A stretch of DNA of 63,239 nt, counting the filler, from Octopus bimaculoides (Eukaryota): the NCBI RefSeq assembly GCF_001194135.2. It is 9 parts of 7 records of this genome, joined end to end, with 100 filler letters (N's around TTAATTAATTAA, not from the genome) between each part and the next. Parts side by side here need not be neighbours in the genome. Positions count along the whole stretch, not along the records: positions 48,009 to 61,302 come from NC_068981.1; positions 61,403 to 63,239 come from NW_026347082.1; 7 more parts are not named here. The stretch is one strand, 5' to 3'. A program made the translations under genes and the position numbers. The notes under the pieces were generated by a model that was not told the DNA's origin, did not search any database, and saw only the letters and a list, made by a program, of their open reading frames with translations. Within the stretch, counting starts at the first letter, position 1; each line of letters begins with the position of its first letter. Below, piece by piece: positions 50,545 to 62,756 of the stretch.

Positions 50545-50930
50545 GGAGGCGCAATGGCCCAGTGTTTAGGGCAGTGGACTCGTGGTCATAGGATCGCGGT
50601 TTCGATTCCAGACCGGGCGTTGTGAGTGTTTATTGAGCGAAAACTCCTAAATCTCCACGAGGCTCCGGCAGGGCATGATGACGAACCTTGCTGTACTCTT
50701 TTGCCACAACTTTCTCTCACTCTTTCTTCCTGTTTCTGTTGTGCCTGTAATTCAAAGGGTCAGCCTTGTCACACTGTGTCACGCTGAATATCCCCGAGAA
50801 CTACGTTAAAGGTACACGTGTCTGTGGAGTGCTCAGCCACTTGCACGTTAATTTCACGAGCACGCTGTTCCGTTGATCGGATCAACTGTAACCCTCGTCG
50901 TCGTAAGCGACGGAGTGCCAACAATAACAA
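50545..50930 (+). mobile_element. SINE family C, full length
   Basis: tRNA-like head; body; tail CCCTCGTCGTCGTAAGCGACGGAGTGCC(AAC)n. Confidence 0.92.
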
Positions 50931-51204
50931 TTTCTATGACAGGCTGACTGGTAGTAATGAAATGTGGGCATACAGTGAACTTAAAAGAGTATTGTATATT
51001 ACTGCTATACCTTTTCCCCACCCTCTAGATGACTAAAATCAAAAATTGACTACGGAGGAATTTGAACTTTGCAATTACAGCATTTATTACTGCTGCCAGG
51101 CATTTCGTCCGAAGAACTGCTTATTGTCTCTTCCATCTCTACGGCTTTTAATAGCGGCACCAAAATATATTAGTGATATCTTTTATTCTTGTTATTTTGT
51201 GCAG

Positions 51205-51284
51205 CGGCAGCTGTAATCAGTGATGAGAAAACGGATCAAGAAATAATGAGAGATTGGAATCCTGAGGACAAGCTAAATATATAA
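51205..51284 (+). CDS. Candidate terminal coding exon
   Basis: Strong acceptor CTTTTATTCTTGTTATTTTGTGCAG; phase 1 reads xAAVISDEKTDQEIMRDWNPEDKLNI*. Confidence 0.25.
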
Positions 51285-51627
51285 AACTTCAAATTTCCTG
51301 ATTACTAAATATGAAATATTGGAAACTTCCGGAAATCTTAATAACGTTAAACTAGATGCATGGAAATTATTATTCTACAATCCAGATCATGTTTTCACTT
51401 GTTTATTCGTTCATCTCATTCTTCTTTTGCTTTCTTTTATCCTTTTGATATTATTTATTGATTTCTACTTCAGCATTTTAATCAAAGGAAAAATTGAGAA
51501 TAAAATGATTGCGTGTAAAATGTGTTTATGCGTATATGTATATGTGTACGTATGTATGTATGTATGTATGTATGTATGTTTGCATTTATATATGAATGTA
51601 TATATGCATATAAATATACATACACAC

Positions 51628-51673
<46 letters not shown>

Positions 51674-51955
51674 NNNNNNNNNNNNNNNNNNNNNNNNNNN
51701 NNNNNNNNNNNNNNNNNNNNNNNNNNNNNNNNNNNNNNNNNNNNNNNNNNNNNNNNNNNNNNNNNNNNNNNNNNNNNNNNNNNNNNNNNNNNNNNNNNNN
51801 NNNNNNNNNNNNNNNNNNNNNNNNNNNNNNNNNNNNNNNNNNNNNNNNNNNNNNNNNNNNNNNNNNNNNNNNNNNNNNNNNNNNNNNNNNNNNNNNNNNN
51901 NNNNNNNNNNNNNNNNNNNNNNNNNNNNNNNNNNNNNNNNNNNNNNNNNNNNNNN

Positions 51956-51989
<34 letters not shown>

Positions 51990-52009
51990 CATATGCATAT
52001 AAATATACA

Positions 52010-52045
<36 letters not shown>

Positions 52046-52537
52046 TGTATAAGTATCCGTGTGTTTATGTATGTGTATGTATGTGTGCAGCGGGCTTTTA
52101 CTGGAATAAGTAGGAGTGAGAGTACGAGCAAAGGAAGAAGGAAATAGAGAATGCCAACTTTTTGTGGATCTTACTAACATTGGCATTTATAGATTCTGTG
52201 TAATCCGAGACTTGTGATAAGACCATCTATAATCAGCAGTGAACAAGGAGAGATGTAGTGCGTTGTTAGGGATGAACGTAACGAACCCAGGCTTGTATAT
52301 TTTGTCTTAATTAATGTCTGGGAGATAGCAACGAGCGATGGAGATAATGAGGAGGTAAACGTTTAGGCGGCCTGGTTTTGTTGTTGTTGAAGGACGAAAA
52401 TTGTAGGCATACCTTGGTAGCAATGTTATTCAGTGCCGAGAAAATCTAATGTAGCTAATACTTAGAAACACATATACAGATACACGCATACACACACATG
52501 CACCACACCCAAACATATGCACACTTATATGTATATA

Positions 52538-52572
<35 letters not shown>

Positions 52573-52788
52573 NNNNNNNNNNNNNNNNNNNNNNNNNNNN
52601 NNNNNNNNNNNNNNNNNNNNNNNNNNNNNNNNNNNNNNNNNNNNNNNNNNNNNNNNNNNNNNNNNNNNNNNNNNNNNNNNNNNNNNNNNNNNNNNNNNNN
52701 NNNNNNNNNNNNNNNNNNNNNNNNNNNNNNNNNNNNNNNNNNNNNNNNNNNNNNNNNNNNNNNNNNNNNNNNNNNNNNNNNNNNNNNN

Positions 52789-52825
<37 letters not shown>

Positions 52826-52835
52826 TACATATACA

Positions 52836-53226
52836 GGAGGCGAAATGGCCAAGTGGTTAGGGCAGTTGACTCGCGGTCATAGGATCGCGGTTTCGATTCC
52901 CAGACCGAGCGTTGTGAGTGTTTATTGAGCGAAAACACCTAAAGCACCACGAGGCTCCGGCAGGGGATGGTGGCGAACCCTGCTGTACTCGTTCACCACA
53001 ACTTTCTCTCACTCTTTCTTCCTGTTTCTGTTGTGCCTGTAATTCAAAGGGTCAGCCTTGTCACACTGTGTCACGCTGAATATCCCCGAGAACTACGTTA
53101 AGGGTACACGTGTCTGTGGAGTGCTCAGCCACTTGCACGTTAATTTCACGAGCAGCCTGTTCCGTTGATCGGATCAACTGGAACCCCCGAAGTCGTAAGC
53201 GACGGACTGCCAACAACAACAACAAC
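52836..53226 (+). mobile_element. SINE family C, full length
   Basis: Roughly 90% similar by eye to the 50545 copy; (AAC)n tail. Confidence 0.92.
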
Positions 53227-53569
53227 ATACATATACATATGTATATATCTCTATATGAATATATCCTTGTCCATATACATGAATAGATATATGCAAATAT
53301 ATCTGTACGCATGTACGTGCGTGTACACACTTGCATACATATATATATGCATATATATGCAAACAAGCGAGTGTATTTGTGTGTGTGTGAGTGTGTGCGT
53401 GCGTGTGTGCGTGCGTGCGTGCGTGCGAGCGCGTGTGTGTTTGTGTGTGTGCGTGCGTTAGTCTGCGTGTGTGCGTCCCTGTGCGTGTATGTGGGCGGGA
53501 TATTCTTGGAAAACCTTAGTTTCCCTGAGCTCTTTACGCTATATTTTCTAACTTTCTTTTATTCTTTTA

Positions 53570-53722
53570 CATATTTCAGTTACTGAACTGTGGCCATGTT
53601 ACAGCACCGCCTTAACGGGATTAATCGGGCAAGTGAACACTAGTATCTAATATGCTTAGTACATATTCTATCGGTGTCTTTCTCCGGACCCCTAAGTTAC
53701 GGAGACGTAAACAAACCAATAC
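53570..53722 (-). mobile_element. SINE family A-related, old 3' half
   Basis: TTTCAGT...GGCCATGTTACAGCACCGCC ... TAAGTTACGGAGACGTAAACAAACC. Confidence 0.6.
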
Positions 53723-53794
53723 TTATGTATATATATGGATTATGTGATTGTCTGTGTATGTGTAAGCACGTCTTCCTGTGTCTACGTGTTTTTG

Positions 53795-53960
53795 AGTTTG
53801 TCCGCTCACTTCGTGACAACTGGTGTTGGTTTGTTTACGTACCCTTAATGTAGAGGTTCGGCAAAAGCAACAGATAAAATGTGTAAAAAATAAGCACTGT
53901 GGTTAATCTCTTCAATAAAATCCCAACAGTGTCCCAGCATGGCCGCAATCTAAGTACTAT
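53795..53960 (+). mobile_element. SINE family A-related, old 3' half
   Basis: GACAACTGGTGTTGGTTTGTTTACG ... GGTTCGGCAAAAG ... CCAGCATGGCCGCAATC. Confidence 0.6.
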
Positions 53961-56900
53961 TTCAGTGAAAAACAAATTAGAAAATTTAGTGAAAAACAAA
54001 GTAGAAAATACAAAATACTGAGATTAACATTCCTGTAGAAAATATTCAATGATCAGCCAATCGGAACTCTAGATCTCCATCTGTATTACGTTGTTCTCCA
54101 TCGCAATTGATGACACCCTACACCAGATGAAGTTAGGTTGAGATTTTATACGACTATTTGCTTTGAAGTGATATTTTTATGTTTGTAATTCTAATTTATA
54201 TATTGAGATGCACAGTAATCGTAGATATTAAATTTCGAGTCAATGACACAATTTAAAATGAAAGCAACGAGCTAATAAAATTACTTTCCCCTCTCTACGT
54301 CGTTCGTTCGCAATCAATCTTCTGCAACTTGCTTCCTAAGTGTCTCTAAACATTCTTGTCCTCGAAAGGAAGGACAACTGTATCTTTCACTTCGCTTCAA
54401 AGAAAGACGAATGTCCGAAACGTCACTTCATAAAATATATTCGACTCTTTACCATATGAAGTTTGCTTAGACTGTCGTTTAGATTCGAAACTACTTTAAA
54501 ATTTATTATTCTATTCATTTAGCTTTGTAAGATTTAATCTGTAACTTGTAGTTAACGTAATAGAAATCTTTTCTTTGACGAATACTTATATTGTCGGCAG
54601 AAATTAAGAAACGATTATTCATAGAAAACGTGAGGAGTACTCTGAGGCCAAATTAAGTTCTAACTTGTGCCGATGTTATTCAAAAGATTTCGCCAAACCA
54701 TTAGCATCTGCTAACACGATCTATGGGGTTTAGAATCTGTTGAAGACGTAAACGTAGCTGCGGCACAATCATATGAAGCGACATCAGAAATTCAAACTAT
54801 CTATGTTGTTTATCTTTCAATGTATTTTGTTCATTGCTTCATAATGATAAATTATCTTGCAGTTTACGGCGAATGCAAAGTCGCAGTGATAGTATAAATA
54901 TTACACGAATGACAAAACATGAGGATTTTTATCTTATCATTAGAAAGTGGTGATATTTATATTTATTCAATAATGAAAATATAAAAGTTTAGTCTCTAAA
55001 AGAAAAAGTCCTAGCGTTGAATATTTTCTAATGCAATTTTTTAATGCAACTTTTTATTCTTCAAGTTGTTTCTGGATCTAAAAAATTTCAGTGTTACCAA
55101 ACATGTACATAAAGAACCTTATCATCAATTGCAAATGAATTTAAAATATCTGCAACAAACAGTGAAAATTGCTATAGTAATTATGCTTGGTTGTTATTTT
55201 CATTTTTACCAATACATCTTACACACTTGAAAGAGATTTAAAGTAAACTACAGGTGTGTATAACATGTAGTGTGTACATACACATCGAACTAACTGCAAT
55301 ATTATGTCCACAGAGAAGTATTTCCCAGAGATTTACGCGTTAAATCACGGGTCTTCACTGAAAATGCTGGTTCCGGCATGATTTGGTTTCCTCAGCGATG
55401 AATATCACCCTCTCCGAATGCTCTGACAAACCAAAAATAGAGAAATCAATAAGCAAAACATCGGCTGGTTTGTCTTAATGCATTCTACGCTGGAGTTAAA
55501 TTAATATACCCATTTAAAAACAGATATTAGGTTAAAGTAGCGGTGTACAAAACTTTTATAATGTGAATACAAATATGGAACGGCAGTAGCGGTAATACTC
55601 TGTCTAAGAGAAACTTCACAAAGCACCAAATTCTGATTAGCAGGGTTGGCTGTTCAATCCTGAAGGTCCTTTTTCCATCAAGCTTCGGAATATTTTGTTC
55701 CTCCAGAAGATGTATTCAACATGTATAATGATCCTGTGGACACGCTAGATGGAAAAAGAACGATACAGTGCTATGCGAGTTATTGAAATATTTTCTAAGA
55801 TCGCAGCTCGGCATTGTTAATCGAGGTCGTCGAGGTGTCCTGCCTTTCAAATTGAGTTACGAACTGTTAACAACTAATTGAATCGGATCTAACCAGAACA
55901 ATCAATTCTCAAGAAAGAAGGTACCAAGCTTTAAATAGAAGAGTTTCGACAACCCAACTGATATTCTATACAGCTATGCCCAATTCGTCAAAAAAATTCA
56001 ACAAGAGTTAGCTAACACAAAATTAATTCTTGGACAATATCTCTTGAAGCTAATGCTATTTGAATGGATACAAAATAATAGCAAGGTACACACAACATAT
56101 AATCCGACCAACACTGTGTTTTTTTCTTAAGGCCAATAGATCACAATTTATTGTTTCATTTTAAGAAATTGCATTAATTTTAAAGTGAATTATTTTTGGC
56201 AACCTTCTTTTTAATGTATTGCTTTAGTTTTTTGATAAAATATTTTAATTTTTTTTCTATTTTACTAATAGAAATTCTTTGGTAACCGTTTTCTGTTTAA
56301 TGAATTTTTTTCAGCTTTAAAACAAATTATTTTATTTTATTAATTATCTTTGCTAGATAAAAACAAAATGAGAATTTGACTGTTGGTATTTTGTCTCGTT
56401 GGCATTTTGACTATCAGTATTCTAACAGTGGGTATTATGTGTGCGCACGTGTAGCAGAGGAACCATCTCAATACTCAAATGCCTTTCATACTTGAGCTTT
56501 GTAGAGACTCGGCACCTGATCAGAGCCGAAGTGTCTATGACACAATCGGATTATCCCAGACTTATTTGTCATCAACGCACTGAAGAAAGTGTGAAGAGAA
56601 TATAAATTCTGAATATAAATTTTGAAGAAAACTACTGTTAAGAGAATGTGAGTGAACGAAGCTCAACGGAATCGACGCAAGTGAGTTGTGTGTCAGAAAG
56701 TCTCTGGCCCTAGAAAAGAAATGGATGAAAATCATTGGCAAACAGCTTCAAACGTGTTCGTGTTATTGCTAGACATACTGACTGTTGTGGTAATAGTTTT
56801 GGCTTCCTTGAAGTGTTATAGATGATGTATCGCGATACATGAACATCCATACATATATATTATTAGGAAAACATACGGAGGCACATATATGTACACAGAC

Positions 56901-57266
56901 ACTTATGCTCATGCACAAACACACACGTATGCGTATATAAATTCATATATATTATATACACATATACAGACACATTTATACATAAATACACATTTACATA
57001 CGTACATATACATATATCACTGCTGTGATATATATATCAATACGCTGGTATGTAGGACGACCAAAAGGCCAGTTGAACCAAACCTTGGTTCTGCTGTGTA
57101 ATCATGTTTGCGTTAAACATAAGTGTATGTCAGAATCTATAAGTCTCTCACACAAGTATGTACTGAACGTCATAATGTTTGCATAGCTGAAAATAAACAG
57201 AAACTATATACCTGTACGTATGCATATATATAAATACACATATATACACGTTTGTGTTTGTATTTC

Positions 57267-57306
<40 letters not shown>

Positions 57307-57488
57307 TGTGTGTGTGTGTGTGCAGTGTGTGTGTGTGTGTGTGTGTCTATGTGTGTGTGTCTATGTGTGTGCGTGTAATGTGTATATATATTTATATTTC
57401 GGCAATTTCTTGAAGATATGCTGTGTTATAAGTTTATGTATGTATGTGTGCATGTATGTGTGCATGTATGTAGGCATGTGTATGCATG

Positions 57489-57542
<54 letters not shown>

Positions 57543-57577
57543 AACTTACTCGAAAATGCGTGGCGTTCAATTATATA

Positions 57578-57622
<45 letters not shown>

Positions 57623-58089
57623 TATGCACATATGTAGTCAATCATATTTCTCTACGCTTTTGTATATTGTGCGAGTGTAATATATGGGTGTTTGTGTATC
57701 AGTTGTTTAGTTTGTCGCCGCTGCGATTGTGTATATCTCTGTGAGTGTGTATTCGAATGCTTATATCTTTGTTTGTGTATATACATACATATATGTGTAT
57801 ATATATATGTATGTATATATATCCCTATATATATGTAAGAGTTTATTGCATTGATATAACTGTTTGAATTGAATAAGACCTTGAAGAGAAACACCCTACT
57901 TAAACCTACAGAGATTTCCTTACTCAATAAATTCTTCGCAAGGTTTAAGGTAAAACGAAACCAAGTAAAATCTTCTAATCGTATTTGAAGATGAAGCCAT
58001 AGTAAGGCGTGTGGGTTGTTTTCTAGACATTTCAAAATATTTCCCTATCTCTACCTATTTTTTCCTTTTTCTTTCTAGGTAAGCCAATC

Positions 58090-58648
58090 TTGTTTTCTAT
58101 TTATTTCCTCTCCCCCACCATTTTCGTATTATCTCTCCCTTTCTCCCTTTCTCTCTTTCTCTCCCTGTCTTCTTCTCCCTTTCTCCCTCTTTCTCCATAT
58201 TTCTCTCCATCTTTTTTCTCCCTACCTCTACTCTCTCTCTCTCTCTCTTCGTCTTTCCATATTTCCTATTCCTATTTCAGTTCCTCCCAGTTACATTCTG
58301 CCATAAACGTTATATGTGTTCAACCTGAAGACGTTACTATGATATCTTTCTCTCTTTCTCTTCCCATCTCTTCCTATCTCTTCTACTACTGTCGTTCACA
58401 CTCATTGTATTCGTTTATTAACCTTTCTCCCACATTGAATCTCTGCCAGAGTGTCTCTTTCCCTCCCTCTTCCTCTCTCTGCTTCTCTCCCTTTCGGTAA
58501 TTCCCTTTCTCGCTCACTCTTTTTCTCTCTGGTATATGTCTTTTACTATGCATCTTTTCTTATGCTTGTTTTTCGTAGCACTTTCAATTTTTCTCCTCTC
58601 TTCATCGCTCTCTCTCTCTCTCTTTCTCTCTCTCTCCTNNNNNNNNNN

Positions 58649-58702
<54 letters not shown>
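58090..58702. repeat. Polypyrimidine/(CT)n low-complexity tract
   Basis: Direct reading. Confidence 0.88.
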
Positions 58703-58707
<5 letters not shown>

Positions 58708-60317
58708 TATTTCTATAAGATCATACATTCGCTTCACTTTCTGACAGATTCTTTTGTCGTATTACTATGCCAATACTCTCTGTCACTCTGTCACACATAC
58801 GCAAACAAACACAAGTTTTATCTAAAGAGGACGGCGATATTGGTAAAATACAAAATATTTCTTCTCTCTGCATATTTATCTCAGCTCACTGCTCAAAGGC
58901 TTTGGACAAGAAGTGAATCTAAATTATACAGTTGGGAAAAATAATGGTTAAAATTGATGCCTTTTCTGTATGAAATCAGTCAATAAGCTATACTATTTAC
59001 TAATAATTTTCATTTAGTCAAAATATGATGTAAGATAATGTAGTGCATATATACTGTTACTCACTAGATACCTGATAGGTATACATTTTTTACGCTTACG
59101 TCTAAAATACGAAGTTACCTTTGCAATTGGAATAGATTGCACGAATGCATAAAAAAAAAACAAATACACTTAGTCCGTAGGGTAGAGAGCAGATATAAGA
59201 GGAAACCAGGTGAACATATATGGAGGTAATTATGCAGCTACGATGAATATCTCAATTCCACCAAAGGATCTCAACACGAACATACACTTACGTGCACATT
59301 ACACATGAATGTATATAGGTTAGTATTAGTTTTAGAATGTTTGCTTCGCACTTACTAGATTCCGAGTTTTATCACATTTCAAAATACATAATCTAAATAT
59401 AATTTAACTTAACCTCGAGTCGTCCGGAGATTTTCAGCAAACATAAACAACACAGAAGTCCAATGAATGGACCGTAAAGTCCTTCGATAAAAGACTAAAT
59501 CTATGGTTCAATTTACTGTCATTTGACCCTTGAAATCATTATATCAAAGACCTCTCAGTGACAAGTATTTAGAACAGATCTTCGGATTTAAGGATAGCTT
59601 CATATTGAGTTTCGATGCTTCCTACTGTAGCAACACAGTTTTACTTTTTTCTCCACAACGTCTCCAAGACTGGTTCCTGCCACTTCCGAGATACTTACAA
59701 ACGTTCTAGCCGCTGCTCTTGCAACTCTTTCTCCTGGATCTGTCAAGAGCTCTACAAGTTCCTATAGAGTTCATCCCAGTTGGTGTAACATATAAGCGAC
59801 CGAGAGTATAACACTCTCCACTGATCGGGACGTCAGTCTATCGCAGTTTACTCTTTACATGTTGATGGTAATCATTGTCAGCCAAATGGGTTGCAGAAAC
59901 GTGAATCGAGAAGTCTTTATTGAAAAACATAACTTACAGTCCACTCTAGACAACAAAACCACATGTATTGTTGTGTCTATGCGTCAAAATGTTCGTCATT
60001 TCACAGGCTTTCGAGCCGCGACTGTCTCGTCGATTTCTCTGATACGTGTATATATCCATGAATAATTTATCCAGGAGAGCCATTCAATTTTATGACTGTG
60101 GGGTATAGCATGAGCGAAATTTGATTGCTGTTTCTAGTAGGTCATGCAACCGTGTAACATTCTCCATTGTTGGGTCATCCTGAAATGTGTCTTTGGTTTG
60201 CTCCAGGTCAGTCTGAGCGAGCACATCAACGATCGAAGGGGGTTCCGACTAAATTCCAAGTATTTTGTGTGACAGGTATTACATTGTTCTCGTATCCTTC
60301 TATTTTTGAATTTTCAG

Positions 60318-60347
60318 ACAGTGGAAAAGATTCAGGTGCTATTTATA
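60318..60347 (+). CDS. Candidate 30-nt exon (may extend upstream to 60207)
   Basis: TTTTTGAATTTTCAG acceptor and GTAAGT donor; the following 137-nt intron has CCTAAC and a ...TATTTTCCACAG acceptor. Confidence 0.4.
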
Positions 60348-60484
60348 GTAAGTCCAGAAGTCATTTCCTTATTTTGTCATTTTACATTGTTGCTATTGTT
60401 TATGTTGATTAGCAACAGGTCATTCCTAACCGAACAGACCTCATCAAACGCACACCATTCATGACTATCCCATATTTTCCACAG

Positions 60485-60537
60485 GTCACTATGGAAATGG
60501 AGCACAGAATAACATTATCCAAACTGCTTTTCCTTGA
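60485..60537 (+). CDS. Candidate downstream or terminal exon
   Basis: Acceptor CCCATATTTTCCACAG; phase 1 reads xHYGNGAQNNIIQTAFP*; the phase-0 frame is also open, so the frame is unresolved. Confidence 0.35.
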
Positions 60538-60749
60538 TGACAGTGTGCTAGTTAACGGAGAATTGGTTGCTATTTCCAGCATGTTGATTGATCATATATC
60601 AGCTTTGTCATTGATTATATACAGACATACACACGCACTCGCGCGCATACTCTGGCGCCCACGCGCGGGCGCGCATGTATGTGTATGTGTATGCGTGTGT
60701 GTGTGTGTGTGTTTGTGTGTGTTTGTGTGTGTATGNNNNNNNNNNATAT

Positions 60750-61075
60750 GAGGGTAGTCTCTCAAAGTCAAAGAAAGACGGTCCTGCAATTTCTTGCTGA
60801 ACAAACTGCACGAATGATTTGTTTATAATGATTAATTGTTTGTGATGTACATTAGCACACTCTCTTCATAATATCGAGGTTACCTAGACAGGTGCACAAT
60901 ATAACACACGCCAGGTGTCGAAGTGACCACAAGAGCAACGTGAGATGACGTGCTTGGCTTTGAGATGAGATAAGATGCTGTGCTCTGATCAAAATGCAAC
61001 ACCTGGTCTGGGCATTGAAATCACTATCTCGCTATTGTGAACGCTACTCCATAACCTCTAGACCAGGCGCCTTCA
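60750..61075 (-). mobile_element. SINE family D (tRNA-like head, distinct body)
   Basis: Minus strand: AAGGCGCCTGGTCTAGAGGTTA...GATTTCAATGCCCAGACC...TCACGTTGCTC...CACTTCGACACCTG. Confidence 0.65.
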
Positions 61076-61080
61076 ATGTG

Positions 61081-61160
<80 letters not shown>

Positions 61161-61167
61161 TAGATAG

Positions 61168-61198
<31 letters not shown>

Positions 61199-61202
61199 GA
61201 TA
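61081..61202. repeat. (GATA/GACA)n tract abutting a SINE B-type tail (61204-61280, minus strand)
   Basis: Direct reading. Confidence 0.93.
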
Positions 61203-61302
61203 GGTTTCTTTATTAGCCACACAGGGCTCAACACAGAGGGGACAAAATACAAATGTAGAGTTTTTCTTTTCGAGGGGGTCGAAAACAAAGCAGAAAAAAA
61301 AC

Positions 61303-61402
61303 NNNNNNNNNNNNNNNNNNNNNNNNNNNNNNNNNNNNNNNNNNNNTTAATTAATTAANNNNNNNNNNNNNNNNNNNNNNNNNNNNNNNNNNNNNNNNNN
61401 NN
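61303..61402. other. Artificial scaffold-joining linker
   Basis: Same cassette; 12-mer at 61347-61358. Confidence 0.97.
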
Positions 61403-62744
61403 CCTCTCTTTCCCCTTTGTCATCAGAGGATCCAATCAAACCCCGGACATCCCATATGTGACGCAGCATTTCATTCATTGATATGTTATTCCCAGTACTG
61501 ATTGCGGTCGCGTTTGTGCACCGAGCATTAGGGGGCTTACCCCACATTTCCTCTCCCATCTGCACAGATTCAACCTCTTCCACTTCGGCCTGTTCCAGCG
61601 CCAAGCTAGGGTGTCCCTATTCGTACCGGAATATGGCACTTTCGAGATTGACTCTTCAGGTTCACTTACAGTGGGTGACATCTTGCATCAGAGGACTACC
61701 TCCATGGGACATTAGAGCATTCTCATTGGTACATTCTCATTGGTACATTCTGATTGTTTGCGCTGTGAGGTCAAATACCGTTTTATCTTACATCAATGGT
61801 AGAGTTAATCCGTCACTGGATGGAATATCACCATCTCATACTCTGTACATCTTAAGCGAAGTCCAGTCTCTTGCTAGAATTGAGGCCACGTCTCGGGTTT
61901 TCCTTTCTTCCTCTCTTCCATGAATTTCGGAGGAAATTTAGAAGTAATGTGTGTAAAGTAAGCGCCTTATCAATGCGACACCCTGGGTAACCCTGTGAAC
62001 CTGCCATAATNNNNNNNNNNNNNNNNNNNNNNNNNNNNNNNNNNNNNNNNNNNNNNNNNNNNNNNNNNNNNNNNNNNNNNNNNNNNNNNNNNNNNNNNNN
62101 NNNNNNNNNNNNNNNNNNNNNNNNNNNNNNNNNNNNNNNNNNNNNNNNNNNNNNNNNNNNNNNNNNNNNNNNNNNNNNNNNNNNNNNNNNNNNNNNNNNN
62201 NNNNNNNNNNNNNNNNNNNNNNNNNNNNNNNNNNNNNNNNNNNNNNNNNNNNNNNNNNNNNNNNNNNNNNNNNNNNNNNNNNNNNNNNNNNNNNNNNNNN
62301 NNNNNNNNNNNNNNNNNNNNNNNNNNNNNNNNNNNNNNNNNNNNNNNNNNNNNNNNNNNNNNNNNNNNNNNNNNNNNNNNNNNNNNNNNNNNNNNNNNNN
62401 NNNNNNNNNNNNNNNNNNNNNNNNNNNNNNNNNNNNNNNNNNNNNNNNNNNNNNNNNNNNNNNNNNNNNNNNNNNNNNNNNNNNNNNNNNNNNNNNNNNN
62501 NNNNNNNNNNNNNNNNNNNNNNNNNNNNNNNNNNNNNTATATATATATATATATATATTCTGAAGTACGTTAGTAGACTCGTATGTACATAGCCTCAAAT
62601 TTGAGAAAACATAAACAACATACACACAATGAAAAAAACCTAATAAACAGACGTGAATGAATTCATCGTAAAACTTCAGACAAAATTATATCCTCACGGG
62701 AGAGATAAACGGCTCAATGAAGTAAAAACAATATTCAATAAAGC

Positions 62745-62749
62745 AAAAA
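62745..62749 (-). terminator. Pol III terminator (T5) of the tRNA-Lys gene
   Basis: Minus strand reads ...GGGCG TAAACTA TTTTT, a T5 run 7 nt after the discriminator base. Confidence 0.8.
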
Positions 62750-62756
62750 TAGTTTA

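Noticed and set aside
54395-54430. AAAGAAAGACGAATGTCCGAAACGTCA, resembling a decayed Penelope-type hammerhead
   Set aside because: The CUGA core is absent and no stem III partner is visible.
55300-56220. Possible mariner transposase fossil on the minus strand
   Set aside because: Only scattered weak motif echoes with many stops; no matching TIR pair found.
61403-61990. GC-richer block with overlapping ORFs (61483-61923 + and 61347-61681 -)
   Set aside because: No recognisable motif, an internal 14-bp duplication and frameshifts; probably a decayed element but unassignable.
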